64,000 nt of DNA from an uncultured Actinomycetota bacterium (GTDB lineage: Bacteria; Actinomycetota; Actinomycetes; Mycobacteriales; Jatrophihabitantaceae): contig CAWCQT010000001.1 of assembly GCA_963797785.1 (NCBI GenBank), positions 2,494 through 66,493 of the forward strand, read 5' to 3'. This document shows, piece by piece, positions 19,509-28,424 of this stretch (position 1 is its first letter; each line of letters opens with the position of its first letter). The position numbers and the translations under genes are program-made. The notes under the pieces were generated by a model, which worked only from the letters and a program-made list of their open reading frames with translations, searched no databases and was not told the origin of the DNA.

Positions 19509-20902
19509 GCCGGGGCGAACCCGGTGCTGACGGCGCGGAAGATCCGCTCGGGCCGGTCGGGCACCCACAGGTCGAAGGTGGCCAGCAGCGGCCCACTGCT
19601 GTCGAGTTCCCATGCCGAGGTGTCGGCGAAGTCGCCGTTGGCCAGGCCGAGTCCGATGGTGGTGACGTTATCGATGCCAAGGTCGACGAAGGCGCCACGC
19701 GCGTCGGTCAGGGCGACAAGTTCGAACCGCACGATGACGTCGGACTTGCCCCGCACCTGCTCGGTGACGTCGACCGGCCCCTGTCGCGAGTCGCCGTGCA
19801 TCCACAGGTTCCAGGCCTGGTCGGCGACGTCGATGCGCCAGACGATCTCGTCGTCGATCAACGCGCGCAGCTCGTACGTGCCGGCAGGAACGCCGCTGGG
19901 CAGGAATGCGCGGTGGTACCAGAACGAGAGCTCGTAACGCATGCTCTCGGCTACCGTCACGTGCTGCTCGGCCGACGCGGTGGCTCCGGCCGGGACGGTC
20001 ACTCTAGGGGCCAGCAGCCCGAGCCGGCCGTCGCCGTACATCGCGCGCCGGTCGATCGACGGTGTGGCGGCACCGTCGACCTGGCAGCCGTAGGCGATGA
20101 CGCCGGCGATGCGCCCGCTCTCGGCATACTCCCGCCCGGCCTGCAGGGTCTCGGCCACGTACTGCTCGGTGGGGGCGAGCGGAGCGTTGAGGAAGCGGCC
20201 GGTGTAGACGAGCAGCAGAAGGTCGAGACCGCGTGGTTGGGTGAGCTCGAGGATGGCGTCGAGGCACGGCCCGGTCGAGGTCGCGACGGTGGTGTTCTCG
20301 TGCGCGCCGTCCAGGAACGGATAGACGATTCCGTCGATGAACGGGCCGTACTTGTCGAGGAACTCCTCGCTGCGCGCAGATTCCCAGTAGGCGCAGGTGT
20401 AGAAGAGCAGATCGGGGTTGATCTCGTCCTGGGCCTGCTTGAACGACGCCATGTACTCGGCCGTGAATAGTTCCGCATTCTCGGCGAACTCGAAGTCGTC
20501 GATGGCCCACCCGACCAGCACCGGGTACTCGACTGACAGGGTCGCGATCTCGCGGGCCCAGGCGGCGAAATCGAGCAGGTAGGGCCGGGACGCCCGGCCG
20601 GCCAGGTACGTCTCGGTCGGCGGGACGAGGTAGGGGATGACCGTGATCCCGGCGCGCTGCGCGGCAGGCAGGAACTCCTCGCGTAAGTCGTCCCAGTCGG
20701 TGGCCGACTCCCACACACCGTAGAAGTAGGTGTTGGCATTCAGCTCGGTCAGCCGCCGGATCATGGCGGGGGTGTCGATGTGGCGGTAGCCGTCCGGCCG
20801 TGCCTCACGCTCGCGGATCATCCCGCCGACAGTGTTGCCGCCGCAGAGCGCGGCCCGCATTCCGTCGGGGCCGTAGTGAGCCGTCGTCCTGCCTGCTGGC
20901 AC
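19505..20902 (-). CDS. hypothetical protein, putative glycoside-hydrolase-like TIM barrel plus jelly-roll domain
   Basis: Intact 465-aa ORF at the head of the operon; LNANTYFY, VGWAIDDF, IDGIVYP, GVIAY, then a beta-rich C-terminal domain. Family not recognised with certainty. Confidence 0.55.
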   Translation of the reverse strand: MPAGRTTAHYGPDGMRAALCGGNTVGGMIREREARPDGYRHIDTPAMIRRLTELNANTYFYGVWESATDWDDLREEFLPAAQRAGITVIPYLVPPTETYLAGRASRPYLLDFAAWAREIATLSVEYPVLVGWAIDDFEFAENAELFTAEYMASFKQAQDEINPDLLFYTCAYWESARSEEFLDKYGPFIDGIVYPFLDGAHENTTVATSTGPCLDAILELTQPRGLDLLLLVYTGRFLNAPLAPTEQYVAETLQAGREYAESGRIAGVIAYGCQVDGAATPSIDRRAMYGDGRLGLLAPRVTVPAGATASAEQHVTVAESMRYELSFWYHRAFLPSGVPAGTYELRALIDDEIVWRIDVADQAWNLWMHGDSRQGPVDVTEQVRGKSDVIVRFELVALTDARGAFVDLGIDNVTTIGLGLANGDFADTSAWELDSSGPLLATFDLWVPDRPERIFRAVSTGFAPA

Positions 20903-20912
20903 GTGTCATCCT

Positions 20913-20932
20913 ATCTACGAAATGTCGAATAT
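20913..20932. promoter_or_regulatory. second IclR-type operator ATCTACGAAATGTCGAATAT
   Basis: 16/20 identical to 8097-8116. Overlaps a TAGGAT -10-like hexamer (minus strand) just upstream of the 20902 GTG. Confidence 0.65.
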
Positions 20933-20979
20933 ATTTTGCCTATACGAGAGAGTTTAGAGACACTGCGGCGGACGGTTCA

Positions 20980-21110
20980 AGACCCTGGACCGGATCAAGT
21001 GTCGTCGGAATCCTTGTGCGGCGACATCATCGCTACAAACACGAGAGCCACTGGTCTGTGCAGCGGCAGTCCGACGGATCGACGGTGTGGACCAGTCCAC
21101 CGGCCACCTA
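20980..21110 (+). pseudogene. HNH endonuclease C-terminal remnant of a DUF222-type protein
   Basis: LC(fs)RRHHRYKHESHWSVQRQSDGSTVWTSP resembles LCRxHHRxKH...W...DG...WTSP. Confidence 0.55.
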
Positions 21111-21199
21111 CGCCATTCTCTGTCTCGAGACCAGGATGGTCTTGCGCACGCACCGATCGTTGCCGACCGTTCAACCACCGGCGACGGACTGGATAACCT

Positions 21200-21350
21200 G
21201 CACCGTCGCCCGTTCGGATCAGGGTGTGCCGACACCTGGAACCTACGTATGTCGCTGCCGTTCGAGGTAGATGTTGACGTACCGGCGCACCGCTCCGGTC
21301 TCGTCGCGCAGCAACTGAACGTCCCACCGCCGTCAATGCTCAGATACGCG
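21200..21350 (-). pseudogene. MoaD/ThiS family remnant
   Basis: YLSIDGGGT ... LRDETGAVRRYVNIYL..DIRR, with deletion and frameshift. Confidence 0.5.
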
Positions 21351-21359
21351 TCGCCGTCG

Positions 21360-21712
21360 CGCGAGCCGAGACGATGCCGGCCGGGTGAACGCTTCGATCC
21401 ATTCGAAGATCGCGTTCGCCAGCTCGGCTCGGGTCGACCAGGTGGCGGTCGAGCAGCTCGATCTGCAGGGAGGCGAAGAACGACTCCGTCAGCGCGTTGT
21501 CGTCGGCGGATGCGACTTTGCCTATCGAGCCGTACAGGACGGCCTCGCGCAGCCAGTTTGGCGAACACCCCGACGTGTACTGGGTACCGCGGTCGGAGTG
21601 GACGACGTGCCGACCGGTTTGCGTTGCCAGCGGGCCATGTCCAGGGCGTCGACGACGAGCTCGGTGCGCAGGTGATCGGCGATCGGCGATGGGCGATCGA
21701 CCAGCCACCGTC
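21360..21712 (-). mobile_element. IS3-family transposase remnant (OrfB integrase core, 3' part)
   Basis: GWSIADHLRTELVVDALDMARWQRKP..VHSDRGTQYT...DNALTESFFASLQIELLDR, with frameshifts; no right end seen. Confidence 0.85.
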
Positions 21713-21767
21713 CTGATCGTCATGGTTACGGCCTCTGGCGCCTCCGACGGTCAATCGTTCGCGGCCC

Positions 21768-24035
21768 TTACCCCAGGTTCCGCGTGGTTTCGGAGTCTTT
21801 GATCGGGGCCAGCAGTTCAACCTGAGTAAGCCACATCCGGTCGGGATGCAGCCGGAATCCGCCGCCGGCGGGTTGTCGAACTCGCACATGCGCCGTTGTC
21901 GTACGAGGCAGCTCGTGCAATGTGAACAGCCCTTCGACGTCATTCGCAATCTCGATGAGCGTGACCCAGTCCCCGTCAACCTGGGCGTCGATGCGCAGCC
22001 GGCGTGAGGTGCGGTAGTACGACGCGTACTCGGGCCAGACCAGTCCGATCCGGCCGATCTCCGTTGGCGTGGCCAGCGCGATATCCACCCAGTGCTCGCT
22101 CGGTGTATCCGCCGATGCCCATCCGGTGCAGTCATTGCCGTCAGTGAGAAGGGTGATGCGGTCGGTGTACGGAGTCGCGACGACGACCGGGCCCATCAAG
22201 TGCGGCTGCAAGCGCATATCCGAGCCGTTGTGCCAGAGGATCGGCTCGGTCTCGGCATCTGTCAAATGCACGGCCGGCACCGGTCCGTCCGCGTCGCTCA
22301 GGAAGTCGTTGCGCATCATGACCGTGATGTGCGCGTAGTACGAGGGCAGGATTTCGGCGAAGAACTTCTCATCGTTCTCGATCTGGCCTGACGGGCCAGC
22401 AAGGCTGTGTGGCCCCCGCCGACACGTGAGCTGGTCGAGCTCTTCCTCGATGAACGCAAGATGGATCTCATACGCAGACACTGCGACACCACCGCGTTCG
22501 TAGTGGCAGTCGTAGTCGGTATCGAGCATGACCCAGCCTTGCTGTTCGCGGGACCACACCTCGCAGACGACGTGTTCGTCGACCGGTGGATCCGTCACTG
22601 CCTCGTCACCAATGACGTAGCCGGCGGCGATACCGCGATGCAAGTTGATCATCCGCGCCTGCATGCCGAGAGCGAGGCAACACTGCACCAGCGACACTGA
22701 GTAATGGATGCAGATGAAGTTCTCGACCCCGCGGCTAGCACGATCGAGGATCGTCAACGCGTCCCAGCGCGGCATTCGGTAGGGAGTGCAGTGCGCAGAC
22801 AGCGACTTGATCCAGTCCCGCAGTCGGACAGCGCGCTCGACATCAGTTCCGGTGCCGGCGACTGTGGCCAGTCCGAACCGCTCACGCAGCTCCTGTAGCA
22901 CGGGGTGGTCCGGGTCCTCCACCGGAAACGGGAGCCCACTTGGTGTCGGGGCGCCGCTGTCGTCAACGGGGAAGTAGACGTCCCCGACCCGATCCGTGTT
23001 GACGGTGCCGAGGAAGCTGTCGACTGTGACGACCGTGGTGGGTCCCGCGGCGAGGTTTACCCGATCATGGCTGCGCACATGGACCAACTCGTCGTCGCGA
23101 CGCATTCTGCCCAGGACCTCGGTACGGAACTCGGCCAGCCGCTCGTCCGGACCGCGATACCCAGAAAATTCTCGCTGCACGTGCTGTCCGTTGCGGGCAG
23201 GCGGGAGCGACGGTAATGCGGCCAGACGGGTCGGAGCCGGTGGTTCCTTAGCCTGTTCCAAACCAGACCTGCGCAGCCCGGCGAACGATCGTATCGCCCC
23301 CGCGACTGCCGTCACGGTCTCCGCGACTGCGCGAACACCCGTCTGTACGTTGGCCGAGGCGGGATTATCGGAATAGCCGTCGGATCCCGTCCAGACCTCC
23401 TCATCCTCGATGTGCACGTCCGTGTAGTACCGGTCCCGAACCTGGTGACGGCCGGGGCGCTCTGGAAGGGAATCGAGGGCCTGGTCTGGGAAGAGTGCGC
23501 TGAATATAGATGTCTCGAACGCACCTGCATGTCCGGGGAGTCGGCCGACCTCTTGGACGCCGGCCGCGACTAGCCGGTCCCAGGCGATCACCCAATACGA
23601 GCTTGCCGCGATCAGCGCTCCCGTCTCTGTGCCCACTTGGCGCGCTACTACCCGGACGATCTCGTCATTGCCGCCATGGCCGTTGAGGATGAAAACACGC
23701 CTGAATCCGCTCGCCAGCAATGACCGACATGCCTCGGCCAGAAACGCGATGAGAGTCGAGGGTGCGATGGTGACGGTGGCCCCGAACTGAAGGTGGTGCG
23801 CTGAGAATCCGTACGGAATGGTGGGGGCAACGATGACATCCACATCTCTGTTCAGCGACTCAGCAGCGAGTTGCGCGATGCGCTCCACAATGAGGTGATC
23901 AGTTCCGCTGGCCAGGTGAGGGCCGTGCTGTTCAGTAGCCCCCAGCGGCAGAATGGCCACTGCCTCAGCAGCGCGCTCGTTGAGCTCCGTCCGGGTGAGC
24001 AGCGCCATCCGGTTTTCGGTGCGCTGTGCCCTCAC
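21768..24035 (-). CDS. creatininase-family amidase fused to a transglutaminase-like domain and a discoidin/F5-8C-like domain
   Basis: N-terminus LPLGATEQHGPHL, NGHGGN, GHAGAFETS. Then NFICIHYS / DEHVVCEVW / WVMLDTDYD (Cys-His-Asp) and LTDGNDCTGWAS...WVDIAL. One uninterrupted 755-aa frame. Confidence 0.8.
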   Translation of the reverse strand: MRAQRTENRMALLTRTELNERAAEAVAILPLGATEQHGPHLASGTDHLIVERIAQLAAESLNRDVDVIVAPTIPYGFSAHHLQFGATVTIAPSTLIAFLAEACRSLLASGFRRVFILNGHGGNDEIVRVVARQVGTETGALIAASSYWVIAWDRLVAAGVQEVGRLPGHAGAFETSIFSALFPDQALDSLPERPGRHQVRDRYYTDVHIEDEEVWTGSDGYSDNPASANVQTGVRAVAETVTAVAGAIRSFAGLRRSGLEQAKEPPAPTRLAALPSLPPARNGQHVQREFSGYRGPDERLAEFRTEVLGRMRRDDELVHVRSHDRVNLAAGPTTVVTVDSFLGTVNTDRVGDVYFPVDDSGAPTPSGLPFPVEDPDHPVLQELRERFGLATVAGTGTDVERAVRLRDWIKSLSAHCTPYRMPRWDALTILDRASRGVENFICIHYSVSLVQCCLALGMQARMINLHRGIAAGYVIGDEAVTDPPVDEHVVCEVWSREQQGWVMLDTDYDCHYERGGVAVSAYEIHLAFIEEELDQLTCRRGPHSLAGPSGQIENDEKFFAEILPSYYAHITVMMRNDFLSDADGPVPAVHLTDAETEPILWHNGSDMRLQPHLMGPVVVATPYTDRITLLTDGNDCTGWASADTPSEHWVDIALATPTEIGRIGLVWPEYASYYRTSRRLRIDAQVDGDWVTLIEIANDVEGLFTLHELPRTTTAHVRVRQPAGGGFRLHPDRMWLTQVELLAPIKDSETTRNLG

Positions 24036-25075
24036 GACGACTGGCCAACGTCAGGGGCCGCCCAACGCGATGCAGTACCGATCATTGCCTCTGCCGCCGG
24101 GCGCCGGATGGCCGCTACAACCTGTTCTCCCAAGCGCAGTGACTGAACGCCCACGGCAACCGAAGTCTCCGGAGTAGTGCGCTGCCGCAAGCAAGTCACG
24201 AAGTGCTCGAGCTGTAGGTCGAAGCACAGGTCGTTCCACGGGCGACTCAGTCGGACGCGTTCGGTCCGGTCGCGCCGGGTCATGGTGACGACACCACCTG
24301 GGCGATCGAGGATGGCGACGCCGTCCGGTCCGAGTGCGCGGAATTCGCCGGCCGGGCTGCTTGGGAACAGCCAGCCGATCTCCAGCCGGGCAACATCGCC
24401 GTTGCCGTATCGCACCAGTGCGGACACGAAGTTCTCGCTCCCAAGATCTGGAATCGAGCTAAGGCCGATGGCCTGCACATCGACCGGGTGCGAGCCGGTC
24501 AGGTACGCGAGGTGATCGGCAAAATGCGCGCCCTCGTGAACGAAGCTGGGCGCCACGTCGAGAAAGGCACGGATCCGCCGCTCGTGCATCGGGTCAGTCG
24601 GGTCTCGTGCCTCATCGAAGCCGCCGAGGGTGAAGGCAATGGGACCACCAAGGTCGCCGCCCTCGATCCAACCGCGTACCGCACGAACCAACGGTGAGAA
24701 CCGATTCTTGAACCCGACCTGAACCACCCGGTCACAGTTTTCGACCGCCTGTTGCACACTGAGCGCGGTCTGCAGGTCGAGGGCCATCGGCTTCTCACAG
24801 AGCACGTCCAGCCCGACGCCGATCGCCGCAAGAGTCAGCAGCGGTGTCACCTGCGGCGGAGTCGCGATGACGACCGCCTGCACCCGTTGGTTGGCCAGCT
24901 GCGTGACGGAGCCGGCGGTGGCACACCCGTATTGTGCCGCCACGTTCTGGGCGCGCGCCGGATCGGAGTCCATTACCGCGACCAGCTGCACCTCCGAGCT
25001 TCGCGACAGCGCGGGTAGATGTCCGGTCATTGCGATGTCTCCGCAGCCGATGAGGGCGACGCTGATCCGACTCAT
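24032..25075 (-). CDS. Gfo/Idh/MocA family oxidoreductase
   Basis: VALIGCGDIA, VIATPP, LCEKPM, HEGAHFAD; paralogue of 17735-18741. Confidence 0.9.
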   Translation of the reverse strand: MSRISVALIGCGDIAMTGHLPALSRSSEVQLVAVMDSDPARAQNVAAQYGCATAGSVTQLANQRVQAVVIATPPQVTPLLTLAAIGVGLDVLCEKPMALDLQTALSVQQAVENCDRVVQVGFKNRFSPLVRAVRGWIEGGDLGGPIAFTLGGFDEARDPTDPMHERRIRAFLDVAPSFVHEGAHFADHLAYLTGSHPVDVQAIGLSSIPDLGSENFVSALVRYGNGDVARLEIGWLFPSSPAGEFRALGPDGVAILDRPGGVVTMTRRDRTERVRLSRPWNDLCFDLQLEHFVTCLRQRTTPETSVAVGVQSLRLGEQVVAAIRRPAAEAMIGTASRWAAPDVGQSS

Positions 25076-25115
25076 TAGCCCACCGCCCTTGACCGGAGTC
25101 GACACGATCCGGGGG

Positions 25116-25871
25116 TCATGGCAGTCCCAACCAGTGCGCAGCGTTTGCGTACCGCACTGCCGCCGACTCGGCGTCAGACAGGCCTACCAGGATCCGGCGT
25201 AACACGGCAAGCCGGTGCCGAGGCAGGTCCGTGGAACCGAACCCGGAGTCGGTACCCATGGCTACCCGTTCGATGGGCACGCCGTGCAGCACGCTGCGCA
25301 GCACGGCGCCCGACGCCGATCCGCACAGTGTGACCATCACGTTGGGCCATCGGTTGACTGCGGCGACAGCGTCTTGCCACAGGTCGATAAGCCCGCCGTG
25401 TGCCAGTACGACCAAGCATGCCGGCACCGCTGCGGCGAGCTGGCCGATTTGCAATGGAGACGAATATGGCGGAGTGCCGTCGTGTACGAGCAGGGGCATA
25501 CCGTGCTCGGCTGCCCGTTTCGCCACCGCGATGGACTCTGCCTCGATTGGGGAGAATCCCTGCAACCACGGATGCAATTTCACCGCTCGGAACCCGATGG
25601 CCGCGCAGCGGTCTAATTCCTCGAGTGCACCAGGGTCGTGGGGGTCGACTGTGCACGCTGCCACCAGCCGATCGATGGTGTCCGCGCAGACCTCGGCGAC
25701 CTCATCGTTGCTGCGGCGCGGATCGAAGTACAGCCCGTCCAGCGGCATGACCACGGCGCGGGAGATGTCGTGGCGGTCCATCATGTCGAGCGCGGCCGCT
25801 CGCATGTCATCAGGTGACCGGCCGGCGGCGCGCGGCGGAAGGTGCGTGTGCATGTCGAAGATGCTGGTCAC
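25116..25871 (-). CDS. amidohydrolase_2 family protein, subtype B
   Basis: FDMHTH, VKLHPWLQGF, VHDGTPPY, LAHGGL, MGTDSG; paralogue of 16192-16986. Confidence 0.88.
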   Translation of the reverse strand: MTSIFDMHTHLPPRAAGRSPDDMRAAALDMMDRHDISRAVVMPLDGLYFDPRRSNDEVAEVCADTIDRLVAACTVDPHDPGALEELDRCAAIGFRAVKLHPWLQGFSPIEAESIAVAKRAAEHGMPLLVHDGTPPYSSPLQIGQLAAAVPACLVVLAHGGLIDLWQDAVAAVNRWPNVMVTLCGSASGAVLRSVLHGVPIERVAMGTDSGFGSTDLPRHRLAVLRRILVGLSDAESAAVRYANAAHWLGLP

Positions 25872-26626
25872 ACCGCTCGCCCCAACAGTCGCCGTGCAGT
25901 TGCGGTGAAGATCGCGTGACGTGCGTTTGCTGAGAGGTCGGCTCGTCGGAGCCGGGCGACTTCGAGGTCCAGGTCGTTGAAGGGCGCGTCGCTGGCGAAC
26001 GCTATCCGGTTCGGGCCTATGAGTGCCGCGAGTTCCGCGATCAGCTCCGGTCCGTTGTATGCGGTCTCGGCGACGATGTTGTCCACCGCACGCAGGGTAG
26101 GAGTCAGGTCGAGGGAGTAGTCCGTTCTACCGGAGCGGCCGAGCACGAAGGTCACCGTGGGGAATCGTCGGGCGAGTTCGGCGAGCTGGAACGGCTCGCT
26201 GGCAATGGGCACTCCGGTCACCACGTACACGGGTTTGCCATGTTCGGCAGCCACCTCCAGCAGCGGGCGCACCAACGCTTGCTGCAGCAAACTGAACCCC
26301 TGCACGGCCGGGATCAATTTGAGGCCGGCAACATCCGCGCTGAGCGAGGCAGCCAGCCGGGCTGCGGCGTCCGGGTACCACGGGTTCACCGTCACCCATC
26401 TGGAAAACCTGCCTGGCCAGCGCTCGCACCACTTCTGCAGCTCACGATTACCGGCTTCGTTGTCGACAGCTGCCCAGCGCCCGATCGGGCCGAGCGCCGC
26501 GTGGCCCACCCCGGATGCGTCCATCGCTGCCAGCAATGGTTCCGGTGAGGTGAAGTCGAAGCCTGGCGCGGATCCGGCCGCGCAGTGCAGGTCCACTCCG
26601 CCACGAGAGAAGTCGGTGGGAGTCAT
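25868..26626 (-). CDS. amidohydrolase_2 family protein, subtype C (degenerate metal site)
   Basis: VDLHCAAG, VYVVTG, VLGRSG, FASDAP; paralogue of 13390-14151. Confidence 0.8.
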   Translation of the reverse strand: MTPTDFSRGGVDLHCAAGSAPGFDFTSPEPLLAAMDASGVGHAALGPIGRWAAVDNEAGNRELQKWCERWPGRFSRWVTVNPWYPDAAARLAASLSADVAGLKLIPAVQGFSLLQQALVRPLLEVAAEHGKPVYVVTGVPIASEPFQLAELARRFPTVTFVLGRSGRTDYSLDLTPTLRAVDNIVAETAYNGPELIAELAALIGPNRIAFASDAPFNDLDLEVARLRRADLSANARHAIFTATARRLLGRAV

Positions 26627-26637
26627 CTGGGGCCGCG

Positions 26638-27525
26638 TCAGCCTGCGACAGGGGTCGGAAAGTCGGAGAGCATCGCAGCCAATTCCGCGCGTTCGTCGGA
26701 CAGTAGCGGCAGGAGCGGCAGGCGGACTAGCGGTGCGGATCTACCGAGCAGTGCCATTCCTTCTTTGAGGACGGTGATGTGGTAGCCGGGCCGTCGGCGA
26801 CGCAGCGCAAGGAGGGGCTCAGCGCGGATCATGAGTTCGTCGAAGCGCGCTCGATCGCCAGCCACCGCCGCGTCCCAGACGCCCAGCGAGAGCCCGGGGT
26901 CCAGATTCGCCAACCCAGAGGTCATCGCCTGTGCCCCGGCGGCGGCATACTGCATCGCTAGCGGCTCGGCCATTCCGTTGATCCAGGTATAACGCTCGCC
27001 CAGTCGCGCCTTACTGGCCGCAAACAGCTCGACGTCCCCGTGCTCGTCTTTGACGGCGGCCACTTGCGGCACCGTGGCCAATGCCTCCAGCTCGTCCGGG
27101 CCGTACACGGCGCCTTCGGTGCTGAAGACAATCAGCGGCAGATCGGATGCCGCCCCGATCGCGCGGTAATGCTCGACGAGTCCGCGCAGTTCCGGTCGGA
27201 TGAAGTAGAGCGGATTGACCATCAACGCATCCGCCCCGTGCCGGGACGACTGTGCGGCGAGGTCGGCGGCGATCGCGGTGCTGTGCCCTATGCCGGCAAT
27301 GACCGGCACCCGGTCGGCAGCGGCGGAGTGGGCGGCTGCTAGCAGTGTCCGATGCTCGATACTGCTCAGCGAGTAGAACTCCCCCACGCCGCCGGCGACC
27401 ACGACCGAGGACGCGCCGCCGTCGATCAAGAACTCGACCTGACGCTCGATCGCAGCCGAATCGATAGTGCCGTCTTCGGTGAATGCCGTTGGCAGAAAGG
27501 CCATCAGTCCGGTCAGGTTGATCAT
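26638..27525 (-). CDS. DapA family protein, 5-dehydro-4-deoxyglucarate dehydratase-like
   Basis: LMAFLPTAFTEDG, GGVGEFYSL, AVKDEHGD, WINGMAE, MTSGLAN; ATG overlaps the upstream stop. Confidence 0.8.
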   Translation of the reverse strand: MINLTGLMAFLPTAFTEDGTIDSAAIERQVEFLIDGGASSVVVAGGVGEFYSLSSIEHRTLLAAAHSAAADRVPVIAGIGHSTAIAADLAAQSSRHGADALMVNPLYFIRPELRGLVEHYRAIGAASDLPLIVFSTEGAVYGPDELEALATVPQVAAVKDEHGDVELFAASKARLGERYTWINGMAEPLAMQYAAAGAQAMTSGLANLDPGLSLGVWDAAVAGDRARFDELMIRAEPLLALRRRRPGYHITVLKEGMALLGRSAPLVRLPLLPLLSDERAELAAMLSDFPTPVAG

Positions 27526-28424
27526 CACAATCCATTCTGTGCGCCGGACAGGAACTGCTCGGCGTTGTGCTCGATGATCGCTTCGATGTCGGCCTCGGGC
27601 AGCTGGGGCAGCCTCGTACCGGCGACGATGTCGTTTACGCCACGTAGCCCGGCGATGGTGTCCTCCAGCGTCGCGCTGGGGAAGTCCGAGCCGAGCAGCA
27701 GCTTGTGAGTGACGCCGTATTCGTAGGCAGTGATCATCGCCTGCCAGTACCGGTACGGCCGGTAGTGGCAAGCCGAGATGTCGGAGTACACGTTCGGTGC
27801 CTTGCGGATCAGCGCCGCGACGTCCTGCTCCCACGGATGGCCGAGGTGTGCGATCACAATTCGCAGCCTCGGAAACGCCATGGCAAGCGGTTCCAGCTGC
27901 AGCGGGCCGGCCAGATCGATGCGTGCCCTCGACGGGAACGTGGTGCCTTGATGCACCATCACCGGCAGGTCCCATCGTTCGCAGTGGGAAAAGACCTCCC
28001 AGGTGGTGCGATCCTGCGGATTCCAATGCTGGTAGGCCGGGCCGACCTTCAAGCCGCGCAGACCGAGCTCGTGCACAGACCGATCAAACTCGGCGACCGC
28101 ATCCGGCTCCGCGGGATTCACCGACGCCCACCCCTCGATGTTCCCGGGATGCGCGCTGGCGTACTCGGCGATCACGTCGTTGGGCACCCAGAAGCCGGTG
28201 GGTCGCGCCTGCAGCCCGAACACCACGACGCGATCAGCCTGCGCTGCCGCAGCGAGATGCTCATCTGGTGTGGCGTCCTGAACGTGCAGGTCGAGGTGTG
28301 CGGCGTAGGCCTTGCCACCACTGCGCGCCAGCTTGACCTGCTTTGCGGCAAGGGCCTCCTGGGCCGTCTGCTCGCTGATGTGCTCGGGGTACCACATCAG
28401 ATGTGTGTGGATGTCTATGCGCAT
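27525..28424 (-). CDS. amidohydrolase_2 family protein, subtype A
   Basis: IDIHTH, GLKVGPAYQ, VMVHQG, IAHLGHPW, KLLLGSDFP; paralogue of 14148-15077. Confidence 0.88.
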   Translation of the reverse strand: MRIDIHTHLMWYPEHISEQTAQEALAAKQVKLARSGGKAYAAHLDLHVQDATPDEHLAAAAQADRVVVFGLQARPTGFWVPNDVIAEYASAHPGNIEGWASVNPAEPDAVAEFDRSVHELGLRGLKVGPAYQHWNPQDRTTWEVFSHCERWDLPVMVHQGTTFPSRARIDLAGPLQLEPLAMAFPRLRIVIAHLGHPWEQDVAALIRKAPNVYSDISACHYRPYRYWQAMITAYEYGVTHKLLLGSDFPSATLEDTIAGLRGVNDIVAGTRLPQLPEADIEAIIEHNAEQFLSGAQNGL

